A stretch of 64,000 nt of DNA from Pristiophorus japonicus (lineage: Eukaryota). This document shows positions 35,940 to 48,371 of the stretch, one piece after another. The translations under genes were made by a program, and so were the position numbers. Numbering within the stretch: position 1 is the stretch's first letter; every line of letters begins with the position of its first letter. The notes below the pieces were generated by a model. It was not told where the DNA came from and made no database searches. It worked only from the letters and a program-made list of their open reading frames with translations. The stretch is from the NCBI RefSeq assembly GCF_044704955.1, contig NC_091989.1:104036001-104100000 (forward strand), written 5' to 3'.

Positions 35940-36740
35940 AGAACATAAGAACATGACAACGTAAGAAATAGGAGCAACAGTGGCACATACGGCCCATCGA
36001 ACCTGCTCCACCATTCAATAAGATCATGGCTGAACTTCTACCTCAACTCCATTTCCCCGTCCTATCCTCATATCCCTTGATTCCTTTAGTGCCTAAAAGT
36101 CTATAGATCTCAGTCTTGAATATTTTTATCGAGTGATCGTCCGCAGCCCACTGGGGCAGAGTATTCCGAAGATTCACGAAAATCTGAATGAAGACATTTC
36201 TCCTTGTTCCAGATTCTCCAGCCGGGGGAAACGTCTTGTCAGTATCTACCCTGTCATGCCTGCTAAGTGGAGGTACGGTAGCATAGTGGTTATGTTACTG
36301 GACTAGTAACCCAGCGACCTGGAATAATATTCCCAAAATCTGAATTCAACTCCCACCAATGGCAGCTGGGGAATTTAAATTCCGTTAGTTTATTAAATCT
36401 GGATATCACTAATGGTGACCATGAAACAATCGGACCAAACTACAAGATTATTGTAAAAACCCATCTGTTTCACGAAAAACGAATAAATAACAAAAGACCT
36501 CCAAGAATTTTATATATTTCAATGAGATCATCTTTCATTCTTCTAAACTCCAGACAATATCGGCCCATTGTATTCAATCTCTCTTATCCCTGGAATCAAA
36601 CTGAACCTTCGTTGCACTCCCTCTCAGGCAAGAATATCTTTCCTTAGGTAAGAAGAACAAAACTGTAAACAGTACCTCTGTCTCACCAACGCCCTATATA
36701 ATTGCAGTAAGAATTTCTTACTCTTATTCTTCAATGCCCT
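35940..36740 (-). mobile_element. CR1 3' fragment in the copy 1 intron, interrupted by a SINE
   Basis: AACATAAGAA tail and reverse-complement CR1 3' UTR and ORF end. Confidence 0.8.
36270..36475 (+). mobile_element. tRNA-derived SINE, 3'-truncated (same family as 61066-61430)
   Basis: Pol III A-box-like GGTAGCATAGTGG and B-box-like GAATTCAACTCCC, with a shared body (GGTGACCATG...AAAAACCCATCTG). Confidence 0.75.
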
Positions 36741-37836
36741 TGAAATATAATCAACAATGTATATTTTATCCCATTATATTTCTTCACCTGCTTATTATTA
36801 ATAATAATTTTCAGTTTCTTCTGTTTCTATGTTAATATTGTTTTATGCTTTACCATTGTCTGTTCGCCTTGCAACAATTTTACCAAGAGCAACAGTCATG
36901 TCGTTGGTGCTCAGGTTATTCCCAATGCAGTTCACGATCCTGACCCCACTTTCGGATAATTCAGCTAAATATCACCAAGAGGTTTATCTTTGTTGTTCCA
37001 TTATATTTCATATGCTGGCCTTTAGTAATCATTGTTTGTTTGTTTCCATGATAAAATGATTTTATATTTTTACATTATCTAGTTTTCCTACATCAAGATT
37101 GTTATCAGGAGCGGCAGTGAAGCTACCTGCATTCGCGCTTCTCCCAATGCAGTTTAAGATCATGACCTCCCTTTTCCGCGATTCCTGGTGAAGTTGTCTG
37201 AAATTAACCCTCTGGCCAAATCTTACACTTCATCGATCCATGGCATTGCTGTTAGACCTGTCGCATATATTTAATTTAAACTGTGCTCAAAATTTGGCTG
37301 CAGCAAAGCCGGTTATAATGTTTTAATAACTACTGATTGCCTCGCCAGACAATCATTAATAAACTACCGCGCATCGCTCTCCTTTACTTAGAGACATTGT
37401 TACTTCAATACATGCGATGTATATATTTCGGGTTTAACCGATTTCTTTAATTCGGCATTTATGCTGGCAATGCCTAAACAATTGTTACCATCAAACAATC
37501 AAGTAAACAACACAATAAAAGTCAAGAACATTAACAAACTATTCGGTCCAGGGAAATTGTCCCTCTCGTATTCGACCTCCACTACGCCAGTATTCGGAAG
37601 CCTTACATTTGGTATCCTGCTTCACAAATTATTCTAAATCCTTCTCATCCATTGGACAATGAAGTTCGCTTTAATATTTTATGTAAAAATAATTATTGAA
37701 ACTTCATTTTCCGTTCTATACTTCGAAGTTACAGAAAACACGATTAGTTTAACCAATAAACCCTGGTTAGGCCACTTTTTACAAAACACCCACCATAATG
37801 TACCACTTACTATATATGCTCCGATTAATCTTGCAG

Positions 37837-37950
37837 ATATTATCAGTATGTCGGCTTATTACTCGTGTTTTAGATATGCGGTGGGTGGACTGGTGATTCT
37901 AGTAATCTTCATCATCATTGGGACGCACTGCCAATTTCAGATTAATAAAG
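37837..37950 (+). CDS. Copy 1 transmembrane exon
   Basis: TTGCAG|ATATT...AATAAAG|GTAAG encoding YAVGGLVILVIFIIIG. Homologous to 60349-60459. Confidence 0.85.
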
Positions 37951-38582
37951 GTAAGATCTACTGTAAGCGTTTAATTTTAATACAAAAATTCAGAGAGCGG
38001 ACGGGGGAGGGGGAGTGAGAGTTTCGGAATAATGCAGAGCAAGGGGAACTCTATTCGCCCTTAAACTTGAAGTCAGTGTTTTCTGTTTTCAGGGTCCACT
38101 GATCCAAACAGTAATAAATTCTGCAGTTCAAAACGCAGAAAGATTCCCACAATCAAATTAAAAATGGATCCGATTATCTTCATAAATGCCACCGAAATTT
38201 CCACTTTACAGTAAGTGCTGAATGAAATTTTCCCTGACATACAATTACTTTCCAAATCAGTCTGTCTGGGTCAGCCATTAGTTTGAGTGAAGCGGTGTGA
38301 CGCTCCGGTCCTAAATGCCTGTAGAAGAAGGGTGCAAGATGCCTTTGTGACGTCTTTTAACATGGGGTGGCCGTTGCACGCCAGCTACCACAGGGGCTTG
38401 GTAGAGCAAGGTCTTGGTCCAAGGCAAGAGGATAGAAGATGATTGGAGACCAGGCTCCTCTGCATGGGTCGAGTACCCACACACATTCGACTCTGAGGGA
38501 CTGCCTAAGACGAAATGGCTGCCGACCATTGCTGCTGGCTGCAGGGGCTGGAATGTCGGCAAAATCTGAAATTGATAATCAT

Positions 38583-39885
38583 AACATAACATAAGAACAT
38601 AAGAATTAGGAACAGGAGTAGGCCATCTAGCCCCTCGAGCCTGCTCCGCCATTCAACAAGATCATGGCTGATCTGGCCGTGGACTCAGCTCCACTTACCC
38701 GCCCGCTCCCCATAACCCTTAATTCCCTTATTGGTTAAAAATATATCTATCTGTAATTTGAATACATTCAATGAGCTAGCCTCAATTGCTTCCTTGGGCA
38801 GAGAATTCCACAGATTCACAACCCTCTGGGAAAAGAAATTCCTTCTCAACTCGGTTTTAAATTGGCTCCCCCGTATTTTGAGGCTGTGCCCCCTAGTTCT
38901 AGTCTCCCCAACCAGTGGAAACAACCTCTCTGCCTCTATCTTGTCTATCCCTTTCATTATTTTAAATGTTTCTATAAGATCACCCCTCATCCTTCTGAAC
39001 TCCAGCGAGTAAAGACTCAGTCTACTCAATCTATCATCATAAGGTAACCCCCTCATCTCCGGAATCAGCCTAGTGAATCGTCTCTGTACCCCCTCCAAAG
39101 CTAGTATATCCTTCCTTAAGTTTGGTGACCAAAACTGCACGCAGTACTCCAGGTGCAGCCTCACCAATACCCAGTACAATTGCAGCAGGACCTCCCTGCT
39201 TTTGTACTCCATCCCACTCACAATGAAGGCCAACATTCCAGTCACCTTCCTGATTACCTGCTGCACCTGCAAACTAACTTTTTGGCATTCATGCACAAAG
39301 ACCTCCAGGTCCCTCTGCACCGCAGCATGTTGTAATTTCTCTCCATTCAAATAATATTCACTTTTACTTTTTTTTTCCAAGGTGGATGACCTCACATTTT
39401 CCGACATTGTATTCCATCTGCCAAACCTTAGCCCACTCACTTAACCTGTCTAAATCTCTTTGCAACCTCTCTGTGTCCTCTATACAACCCACTTTCCCAC
39501 TAATCTTTGTGTCATCTGCAAATTTTGTTACATTACACTCTGTCCCCTCTTCCAGGTCATCTATGTATATTGTAAACAGTTGTGGCCCCAGCACCGATCC
39601 CTGTGGCACACCACTAACCACCGATTTCCAACCCAAAAAGGATCCATTTATCCTGACTCTCTGCTTTCTGTTAGCCAACCAATTCTCGATCCATGCTAAT
39701 ACATTTCCTCCGACTCCGCATACCTTTATCTTCTGCAGTAACCTTTTGTGTGGCACCTTATCGAATGCCTTTTGGAAATCTAAATACACCACATCCATCG
39801 GTACACCTCTATCCACCATGCTCGTTATATCCTCAAAGAATTCCAGTAAATTAGTGAAACATGACTTCCCCTTCATGAATCCATG
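38583..39885 (-). mobile_element. CR1 LINE, relatively young, 5'-truncated
   Basis: YLDFQKAFDKV, GVPQGSVLGP, FADD, LEYCVQFW, KGYGERAGKWS*, and (CATAAGAA)n tail. Confidence 0.95.
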
Positions 39886-39987
39886 TTCGACTTATTACGT
39901 TCTCGAGAAATGTGTTTGAAACCACTTACATAGAAATTGAGTAAATACGTCAATCATTCATTATGATTATACGGCATTAATTCTCAG

Positions 39988-40028
39988 ATAAAAACGGTGT
40001 TAAAGAAGCGCAACGCTGTGAGGAACCG
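39988..40028 (+). CDS. Copy 1 short cytoplasmic exon
   Basis: TTCTCAG|AT AAA AAC...GAA CCG|GTAAGT, encoding DKNGVKEAQRCEEP. Phase 1 to 0, which links the TM exon to the last exon. Confidence 0.6.
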
Positions 40029-40673
40029 GTAAGTTGATTCATCCATCTCCGCAAACGGTTGAAATATGAAAAAAGGTTTTTGTATTGGAGATATGTTATC
40101 CTGAACATGTCAGAAAAGTTTATCTTTTTTCTAAAACTATTTGTCCTGCGTAATGGATCATTCAAATCGTGTTTCGAAAGATGTTTAACACCAGGAGCTC
40201 GGGATGATATTGGTCTTCCGGAAAATAAAATCGGGCGTGGTGTAAAACCGGCTGCCGATTCGCTATCGCTGGTTTCGTGCTAATTTCTCACCCGCACCCG
40301 ATGCGTACTGTTATAAATGGGTAAAGAGCAGCAACGAAAACTGTCAGTTTCGTTGAAAGTTTATCTAGGTAACAATTGTTTATAGAGCCAATAATATTTG
40401 TTTTGGGGGAAAGTGCTTAACGAATCCGTGTTATAGAACTACTGCACATTTAATTATTTCTGTATCTATTTTGTAGAGATAACATCGATATATTTAAATA
40501 TTAGTTACAGTGACTGCAGTAATTATCGGCCTTCATATTCACGCTTATTTAAAGATAGTCATTTTGGTATTTGTGCTTTATCTCTTGCCCAGACCATTCT
40601 GTTCAATGTTTCAGTTGTGTGTAAACTGGTGAAGGCAATGTAACAGACACATAACAAAGTATTTTATTTCTAG

Positions 40674-40830
40674 CCCATGTAGGAAGCAAAGGCTGAAATC
40701 GCTAATATGCAGCAGTAGATCTGAGCAGAATTATATAAACTCCAAGTCTTAAACTTAAACTAGAGAGGGCCGAGGGCTGAGAAGCGGATAAGACAGACGC
40801 AATATCACGGACATTCATGCAACAACGGAG
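40674..40830 (+). pseudogene. Copy 1 terminal cytoplasmic exon with degraded ITIM/ITSM-like motifs
   Basis: After TTTTATTTCTAG: PM*EAKAEIA(fs)YAAVDLSR, and later TQY(fs)TDI. AATAAA at ~41235. Confidence 0.55.
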
Positions 40831-41749
40831 AATATAAGGTTGGCTGACTCGAGTCGTGTATTGTAGCTCAGGCAGTTTGTGTGTTGTTCTGATGGCTACT
40901 TTGAGCAGCTGCCAGGAAACTGGTAAAACGACCAATTAACAATCTTTCTAAACACGGCTTTAGCGAACAAATAAGGAACCAACGCGACTCTAGAATTATC
41001 AGGGTCCAACAATGAAATGAAAACAGAGTAACTTATACCAGTATTATATCATAGAATGTAGGTGTAATGTTATGTTATCGCTTCAATATTTGAGGAGTTT
41101 TCATTTAATTACTTGTAACAAAATAATTATTGCTTGTACATTTTTGATCAATCTGTAGTACTTAATAGATGACAAATATCTGCAATAATGCGCTATTTCC
41201 TTTGCTGTATCAAGTTATCACTATATATAAATTCAATAAAAATAATACTATTAAATCTCTCTCTCATTAATCAACCATTTATGATTAAAACTACAAAGCC
41301 TGAGTTTTGATGTGTGTGTTGGGTCACTGTATCCTGACTTCAAGTGCAGGCCCTTCTCCTGATTTGGACGATCCAGTCTATGAACTATTCCATAAACCCT
41401 TTGAGCACAGCTTGCAGATGATGGAGCATGAGATGCACTTCTCTAAATTCTGTATTACTATCCATTCCTATTTGAAACGATGCTCCCAGACAACTTCAAG
41501 TTGCTAAGAAAGGAATGGCCTCGATTATTCTCACTGGCCGTTTCCACCATTACACTGTGAGTATTGAGGACGGAGATCACTAGACTTACAGTGCTCAAAC
41601 ATTGCGCGGCAAGTTACTGGAAGAAATGCATCCCAACAGTTCCAGTGACAAGCCTTTAGCTCAGAATTTAAAGATAATAAAAGACGAAGTGAATCCGTTG
41701 CCTCTTCTGCTGAATTATTCTGGTTTGATGACTGTGTGAATTAACATGC

Positions 41750-42900
41750 ATTTTAGAATGATAAATGTTACAGCACAGATTCAGGTCAGGATGCTCTAAA
41801 AGTCGGTACTTTTCTTATGAAACACTTCGTTAATTCCAATTTCCTTTTATATTTCTATTATCTTTAATATACCTCTTTATCAAGCTACTAATTCACTTCT
41901 AAAATAATTGCTGGCCAGTGATTCAACAACGTTCTGTGGCAGAAAACGTCCGCAGCTCATATTCCAACCAGCATTTTACTGCTTTATGTTTTGCGGTTAT
42001 GTTGAAGTTACGCTCACGCTTACCGTCTATTTGTTATTGGAAATATTCTATCACTACTTGCTTATTATAAAGGTTTATAGTCTTGAAAATCTCTATCAGA
42101 TCACTCCTCAATCTTTTCCGCTTGTGAAAGATGTGCACTTGGCCATTTAGACGGCACCTGTTAATTTTATTTTGTATTCTTCCATAGTTTGATGACAAGC
42201 TCTTACCTCGTGTGAGCATTACCTCCCTGCTAGTATATGCTCTGTCACCAAATTCTAAACCGAGATCTCCCTTTACACTTTTACTGCATAATAAATGTAT
42301 GTTGCCATCATTCGTTGAGGTCCCTCTGCTCGCTGCACCATTAAAAAGCCTACCATTCAAGATGCATTTCTTATTCTGACTTTTACCTCCAAAAATGTGC
42401 CATTTCTCATTTCTCTGCATTCTACATCAAACATGTATCTGCCCTCCGAGCTAACGATCGATGCCGCCTGCAGCAATTCAGGATCTGCTTCATAATTGCC
42501 TTCTCGACTTCTCTTTAGTTACCATCTGCAAATTTTAATGTTGTTCCCTCAATTTTCCAACAAGATCATTGATGTTTAAAGTCAACAAAAGCAGTCTAAC
42601 ACAATGTCCCTGTATCACCATTCGGGGTGTCTTGCCAATCCTAGAAACGTCCGTTTTCCTTAAACGTTTTTGTTTTCTGTCTTCCAACCATCTCCCTATC
42701 CATCTGGCCACGGAGCCCTCACTTCCGTGTGCCTTCTTCACATGTGGTACCGCATCAACTGCGTTTTTAAAATTCACATCAACTGCATCTGTTGCATTTC
42801 ATTTATCTATTCTCTCTCTTATTTCTTCAGTGAATTCTGTAATTGAAGCACGATCTGTCTTTTACAAAATTCGTGCTGACTCGACGAGATTAGCTCAGCA
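41750..42900 (-). mobile_element. Old, highly decayed CR1 fragment
   Basis: Remnants NFKNAVDAVPH, LRSDLIEIFK, and a FADG-like motif. Confidence 0.65.
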
Positions 42901-43965
42901 TTCTGCAGGAGATTAGCAGATTTATCCCAAATGATACAGGGCCTGCGAGTTGTAAGTAAATGTGCAACTGTTTACCTATCATTATGTTGCAATCTATATC
43001 ACATGATATTTTCTCATCTAAGAACAACTCGTTGTTTTGGAGATGGTGATTAAATCAGCGTGAAGTAAATTACGTAAACGAAAGTAACGTGCAGGAGTAA
43101 AACATAACCATTCGAACATTCTATCAGTCCTCGGTTCCGGTTGATTGAAAGGTATAACGGAGATGTTCACCACTCTTTTTTAGCTGCACGAGATGTGTTG
43201 CTAAATATTAACACGAGTGTATCGCTTTATCGACCTAAGTAAACACCATGGCTCAGTAGTTCCGCTCGAAGCACCAACTGTTCAAAGTTTAAATTTAGCT
43301 CTGTTAATTGCAACATCATGAACACGCGTTGAGTGTCGAATAATGATTGTTATTAAGCACCATGTTCCAATATAATTGCAACAACATATGACACTCAGAT
43401 GTAACAGCGATTCAATTTCAGATATGCCTTTGTAAGATAGCAACCTCACCAATGATACAGTCTGCAATATTTATTCGATCCGCTTTAACGCGTTAACGTG
43501 TTAGTGCAAGGCAAGCCGCTGAAATGTTTCTTGAATGCATTTTCTGGCGTTTAATTCATTGGTCCACACAGAAGTGCATTTTACTCAAATTGGTTAAATC
43601 GCTGCCATTTGATGCAATTTCTTTACGCATTGCAATACTGTAATATTGATCACATTGGCTCCCAAAATGCAGCTCTTTAGATTGTCCATAATTTAACTAG
43701 ACAATTATAAAATGATGCGCATGTTATTAAATAGCCCCATTAATATAAATATTTTTAGAGGAATGTTACTAATTCCGTTGCAAACGATTTTAATGCGGCA
43801 TCTTTGAGACTAACTCCTCCAAATCCTGATATGGATTCATGCTGCACGTTTTATTTATTCTCCAACACAAAATTTGAATACGGTAACATCGGTTAAATCC
43901 CTGACACACGGTGCAATGTCTTCATGTATTACAATATTGCAACATTGATCACATCGGCTCAGAAG

Positions 43966-44097
43966 TTGTAGGTTCTGGACAAATGTCTAAAATCCAACAG
44001 AGTTCGGTAAGTAAAGCAGATATTTCCCAATAATTGTAACCATTTGCGCTTTACTGACCTAACTGTTGGATTTTAGACATTTGTCCATAGCCTACAA
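43966..44097. repeat. Fold-back inverted repeat (MITE-like hairpin)
   Basis: 43966-44000 versus 44063-44097, 33/35 complementary. Inner arms extend the stem. Confidence 0.8.
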
Positions 44098-44404
44098 TTT
44101 TCTGAAAAATGTTACTTATTCAAGTTGTTCCTGTCACAGTGTTTTACACCTTAAAACTAAAAGTTGAAGGCGATCAAAGATTTACAAAGAATTTCTAATG
44201 TGGTATCATACCGTGCGGCTTCAACCACGTCAGCACAGTAGACCGATGCAAGACAACGTCATTCGGGATGTCACAGGAGAGGTACCGCCAGACGGAAATT
44301 CTGCTCGCAGACTGCCTGCAACCAGCAGGTCAGCATCATAACAAGAGTGACTGGCAGACAGTAGCAAGTGCAAAGGTATTTCCCGTTGTAACATTGAAGG
44401 AATA

Positions 44405-44505
44405 AAAATACCGAAAGTGCTGGAAAACAACCAGCAGGTCAGGCAGCTTTTGTGGAGAGAAACACAGGGTTAACGTTGCAGGTTGATAACCATTCATCAG
44501 TTCTG
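44405..44505 (+). repeat. Short interspersed repeat; other copies at ~47895-47980 (-) and ~56645-56745 (+)
   Basis: Shared motif GCTGGAAA..CAGCAGGTCAGGCAGC...GTGGAGAGA.ACAG.GTTAACGTT in three places. Confidence 0.65.
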
Positions 44506-44531
44506 TTTCTCTCTTATTATTTAAATGGAAA

Positions 44532-47150
44532 CAGAGAAACATAGAAACATAGAAAACAGGTGCAGGAGTAGGCCATTCGGCCCTTCTAGCCTGCACCGCC
44601 ATTCAATGAGTTCATGACTGAACATGCAACTTCAGTGCCCTATTCCTGCTTTCTCACCATACCCCTTGATCCCCCTAGTAGTAAGGACTTCATCTAACTC
44701 CTTTTTGAATATATTTAGTGAATTGGCCTCAACAACTTTCTGTGTTAGTGAATTCCACAGGTTCACCACTCTCTGGGTGAAGAAGTTTCTCCTCATCTCG
44801 GTCCTAAATGGCTTACCTCTTATCCTTAGATTGTGGACTTCCCCAACATTGGGAACATTCTTCCTGCATCTAACCTGTCTGAACCCATCAGAATTTTAAA
44901 CGTTTCTATGAGGTCCCCTCTCATTCTTCTGAACTCCAGTGAATACAAGCCCAGTCTTTCTTGATAGGTCGGTCCCGCCATCCCGGGAATCAGTCTGGTG
45001 AACCTTCGCTGCACTCCTTCAATAGCAAGAATGTCCTTCCTCAAGTTAGAAGACCAAAACTGTACACAATACTCTAGGTGTGGCCTCACCAAGGCCCTGT
45101 ACAACTGTAGCAACACCTCCCTGCCCCTGTACTCAAATCCCCTCGCTATGAAGGCCAACATGCCATTTGCTTTCTTAACCGCCTACTGTACCTGCATGCC
45201 AACCTTCAATGACTGATGTACATGACACCCAGGTCTCGTTGCACCTCCCCTTTTCCTAATCTGTCACCATTCAGATAATAGTCTGTCTCTCTGTTTTTAC
45301 CACCAAAGTGGATAACCTCACATTTATCCACATTATACTTCATCTGCCATGCATTTGCCCACTCACCTAACCTATCCAAGTCACTCTGCAGCCTCATAGC
45401 ATCCTCCTTGCAGCTCACACTGCCACCCAACTTAGTGTCATCCGCAAATTTGGAGATACTACATTTAAATCATTAATGTACAGTGTAAACAGTTGGGGCC
45501 CCAGCACAGAACCTTGCAGTACCCCACTAGTCACTGCCTGCCATTCTGAAAAGTACCCATTTACTCCTACTCTTTGCTTCCTGTCTGACAACCAGTTCTC
45601 AATCCATGTCAGCACACTACCCCCAATCCCATGGGCTTTAACTTTGCACATTAATCTCTTGTGTGAGACCTTGTCGAAAGCCTTCTGAAAGTCCAAATAT
45701 ACCATGTCAACTGCGTCTCCCTTGTCCACTCTACTGGAAACATCCTCAAAAAATTCCAGAAGATTTGTCAAGCATGATTTCCCTTTCACAAATCCATGCT
45801 GACTTGGACCTATCATGTCACCTCTTTCCAAATGCGCTGCTATAACATCCTTAATAATTGATTCCATCATTTTACCCACTACTGAGGTCAGGCTGACCGG
45901 TCTATAATTCCCTGTTTTCTCTCTCCCTCCTTTTTTAAAAAGTGGGGTTACATTGGCTACCCTCCACTCGATAGGAACTGATCCAGAGTCTATGGAATGT
46001 TGGAAAATGACTGTCAATGCATCCGCTATTTCCAAGGCCACCTCCTTAAGTACTCTGGGATGCAATCCATTAGGCCCTGGGGATTTATCGGCCTTCAATC
46101 CCATCAATTTCCCCAACACAATTTCCCAACTAATAAGGATTTCCCTCAGTTCCTCCTACTTTCTAGACCTCTGACCTCTTTTATATCCGGAAGGTTGTTT
46201 GTGTCCTCCTTAGTGAATACCGAACCAAAGTACTTGTTCAGTTGGTCTGCCATTACTTGGTCCCCATTATGACTTCCCCTGATTCTGACTGCAGGGGACC
46301 TATGTTTGTCTTTACTAGCCTTTTTCTCTTTACATATCTATAGAAACTTTTGCAATCCGTCTTAATGTTCCCTGCAAGCTTCATCTCGTACTCCATTTTC
46401 CCTGTCCTAATCAAACCCTTTGTTCTCCTCTGCTGAGTTCTAAATTTCTCCCAGTCCCCGGGTTCGCTGCTATTTCTGGCCAATTTGTATGCCACTTCCT
46501 TGGCTTTAATACTATCCCTGATTTCCCTTGATAGTCACGGTTGAGCCACCTTCCTTTTTTATTTTTATGCCAGACAGGAATGTACAATTGTTGTAGTTCA
46601 TCCATGCGGTCTCTAAATGTCTGCCATTGCCCATCCACAGTCAACCCCTTAAGTATCATTCGCCAATCCATCCTATCCAATTCACGCCTTCAAAGTTAGC
46701 TTTCTTTACGTTCTGGACCATGGTCTCTGAATTAACTGTTTCATTCTCCATCCTAATGAAGAATTCCACCATATTCCCCAAGGGGCCTCGCACAACGAGA
46801 TTGCTAATTAATCCTCCCTCATTACACAACACCCAGTCTAAGATGGCCTCCCCCTTAGTTGGTTCCTCGACATATTGGTCCAGAAAACCATCCCTTATGC
46901 ACTCCAGGAAATCCTCCTCCACCGTATTGTTTCCAGTTTGGTTAGCCCAATCTTTGTGCATATTAAAGTCACCCATTATAACTACTGCACCTTTATTGCA
47001 TGCACTCCTAATTTCCTGTTTGATGCCCTCCCCAGCATCACTACTACTGTTTGGAGGTCTGTACACAACTCCCACTAACGTTTTTTGCCCTTTGGTGTTC
47101 TGCAGCTCTACCCATATAGATTCCACATCATCCAAGCTAATGTCCTTACT
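44532..47150 (-). mobile_element. CR1 LINE, most of ORF2 (endonuclease + RT), frameshifted
   Basis: VESIWVEL, GVVYRPP, MGDFN, KSPGPNGLHP, NYRPVSLTS, YLDFQKAFD, FADD, and (CATAGAAA)n tail. Confidence 0.95.
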
Positions 47151-47892
47151 AAGTGAGATTACAAAATGCTGCGCTACAGAGGGACCGGTGGTTCCTTGTG
47201 CAAAGGCACAAAAAGTATGCAGGTATAGCAAGTAATCAGGAAGGCAAATAAAATGTTGGCCTTTATTGTATGGGGGATGGAGTATAATAACAGGGCAGTC
47301 ATGCTATAATTGTTCAGGGTATTGGTGAGACCACAGCTAGAATACTGCATACAGTTTTGACATCCTTATGTAAGGAGGGATATATTTGCATTGGAGGCAG
47401 TTCAGCAAAGGATCACTAGGTTGATTCCTGAGATGAAGGGGTTGATTTATGAAGAAAGGTTGATCAGGTTGGGCCTACACTTATTGGAGATGAAAATAAT
47501 GAGAGGTGATCTTATTGAAACATATAAAATACTGTGGGGCTTGACAGGGTAGATGCAGAGAGAACGTTCCCACTCGTGGGGAAATCTAGAACAAGGGGGC
47601 ATAGTTTCAGTATAAGGCTATACCCATTTAGAACCGAGATTAGGAGGAATTTCCTCTCTCAGAGTATCATAAATCTGTGGTATTCTCTGCCCCAGAAAGC
47701 TGAGGAGGCTGGGTCATTGAATATATTTAAGGGGCAGATAAAGAGATTTTTGAACGACAAGGGAGTGAAGGGTTATGGCGATCGGGCATGTTAGTGGTGC
47801 TGAGCAAAACATCAGATCAGGCACGATCTTATTAAATGGTGGAGCATGCTCGACGGGCCAACTGCCCTACTCTTGCTCCTATTTTCATGTTC
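47151..47892 (+). mobile_element. CR1 3' fragment
   Basis: LEYCIQF, MRGDLIETYK, KGVKGYG, and CR1 3' UTR. Confidence 0.88.
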
Positions 47893-48371
47893 TATCTTCA
47901 GAGATGCTGCCTGATCTGCTGGGTGTTTTCCAAAATTTTGCGTTTTAATTCAGATTTCCAGCAACCGCAGTATACTCCATTTGTGGACTGAATAGAGGAC
48001 AGGTCAGAAGATTGCGCTTCCTCTTACAGAATACAATGTCTGTAATTATGTACGAGATTGTTGAACTATTATAAATACTTACTAAATATAAATAGAATCA
48101 TGTATATAGGCCAAGAAACACAACTTACATTTTTACTGGCTGTAGGAGGACCGCTTGTCTTTCTTCGTATAATTGGAGATATTTACTTTTTGCTGCTGGT
48201 GTAATGCTCAAGTAGTCATTGTTGCAATTGCACAGTTTTAGTTTACATTACAATGAGCACACAATAAAAGTAACAACAAGGTCTGGTGATAGGTTGATAG
48301 GGTTAGATGAAGTAGAGTGGGAGGATTTTGTGTGGAACATAACCACTGGAATAGACCAGTTGGGCCGAGTG

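Larger units (their letters stand above)
34094..40830 (+). pseudogene. Non-rearranging VJ-C1-TM-cytoplasmic Ig superfamily receptor, copy 1 (pseudogene; SIRP/NKp30/antigen-receptor-like)
   Basis: Exons: V remnant 34094-34352, C1 35374-35685, TM 37837-37950, cytoplasmic 39988-40028, last exon from 40674. The splice junctions from V donor to last-exon acceptor are AG/GT with compatible phases (1,1,1,0). The first V Cys is TGA (34109), the V 5' end and leader are missing, and the last exon has a TAG and a frameshift. Confidence 0.85.

Noticed and set aside
36270-36360. tRNA gene
   Set aside because: It is the tRNA-derived head of a SINE; there is no intact cloverleaf.
38093-38210. Apparent cytoplasmic exon (TTTTCAG...CA|GTAAGT, open frame) after the copy 1 TM exon
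   Set aside because: The homologous stretch in copy 2 (~60560-60715, shared GAAATTTCCACTTTA) lacks the splice sites. The 39988-40028 exon gives a better phase fit. Probably intronic.
38300-38575. GC-richer segment that looks like an interspersed repeat
   Set aside because: No second copy in the window and no diagnostic motif, so it could not be classified.
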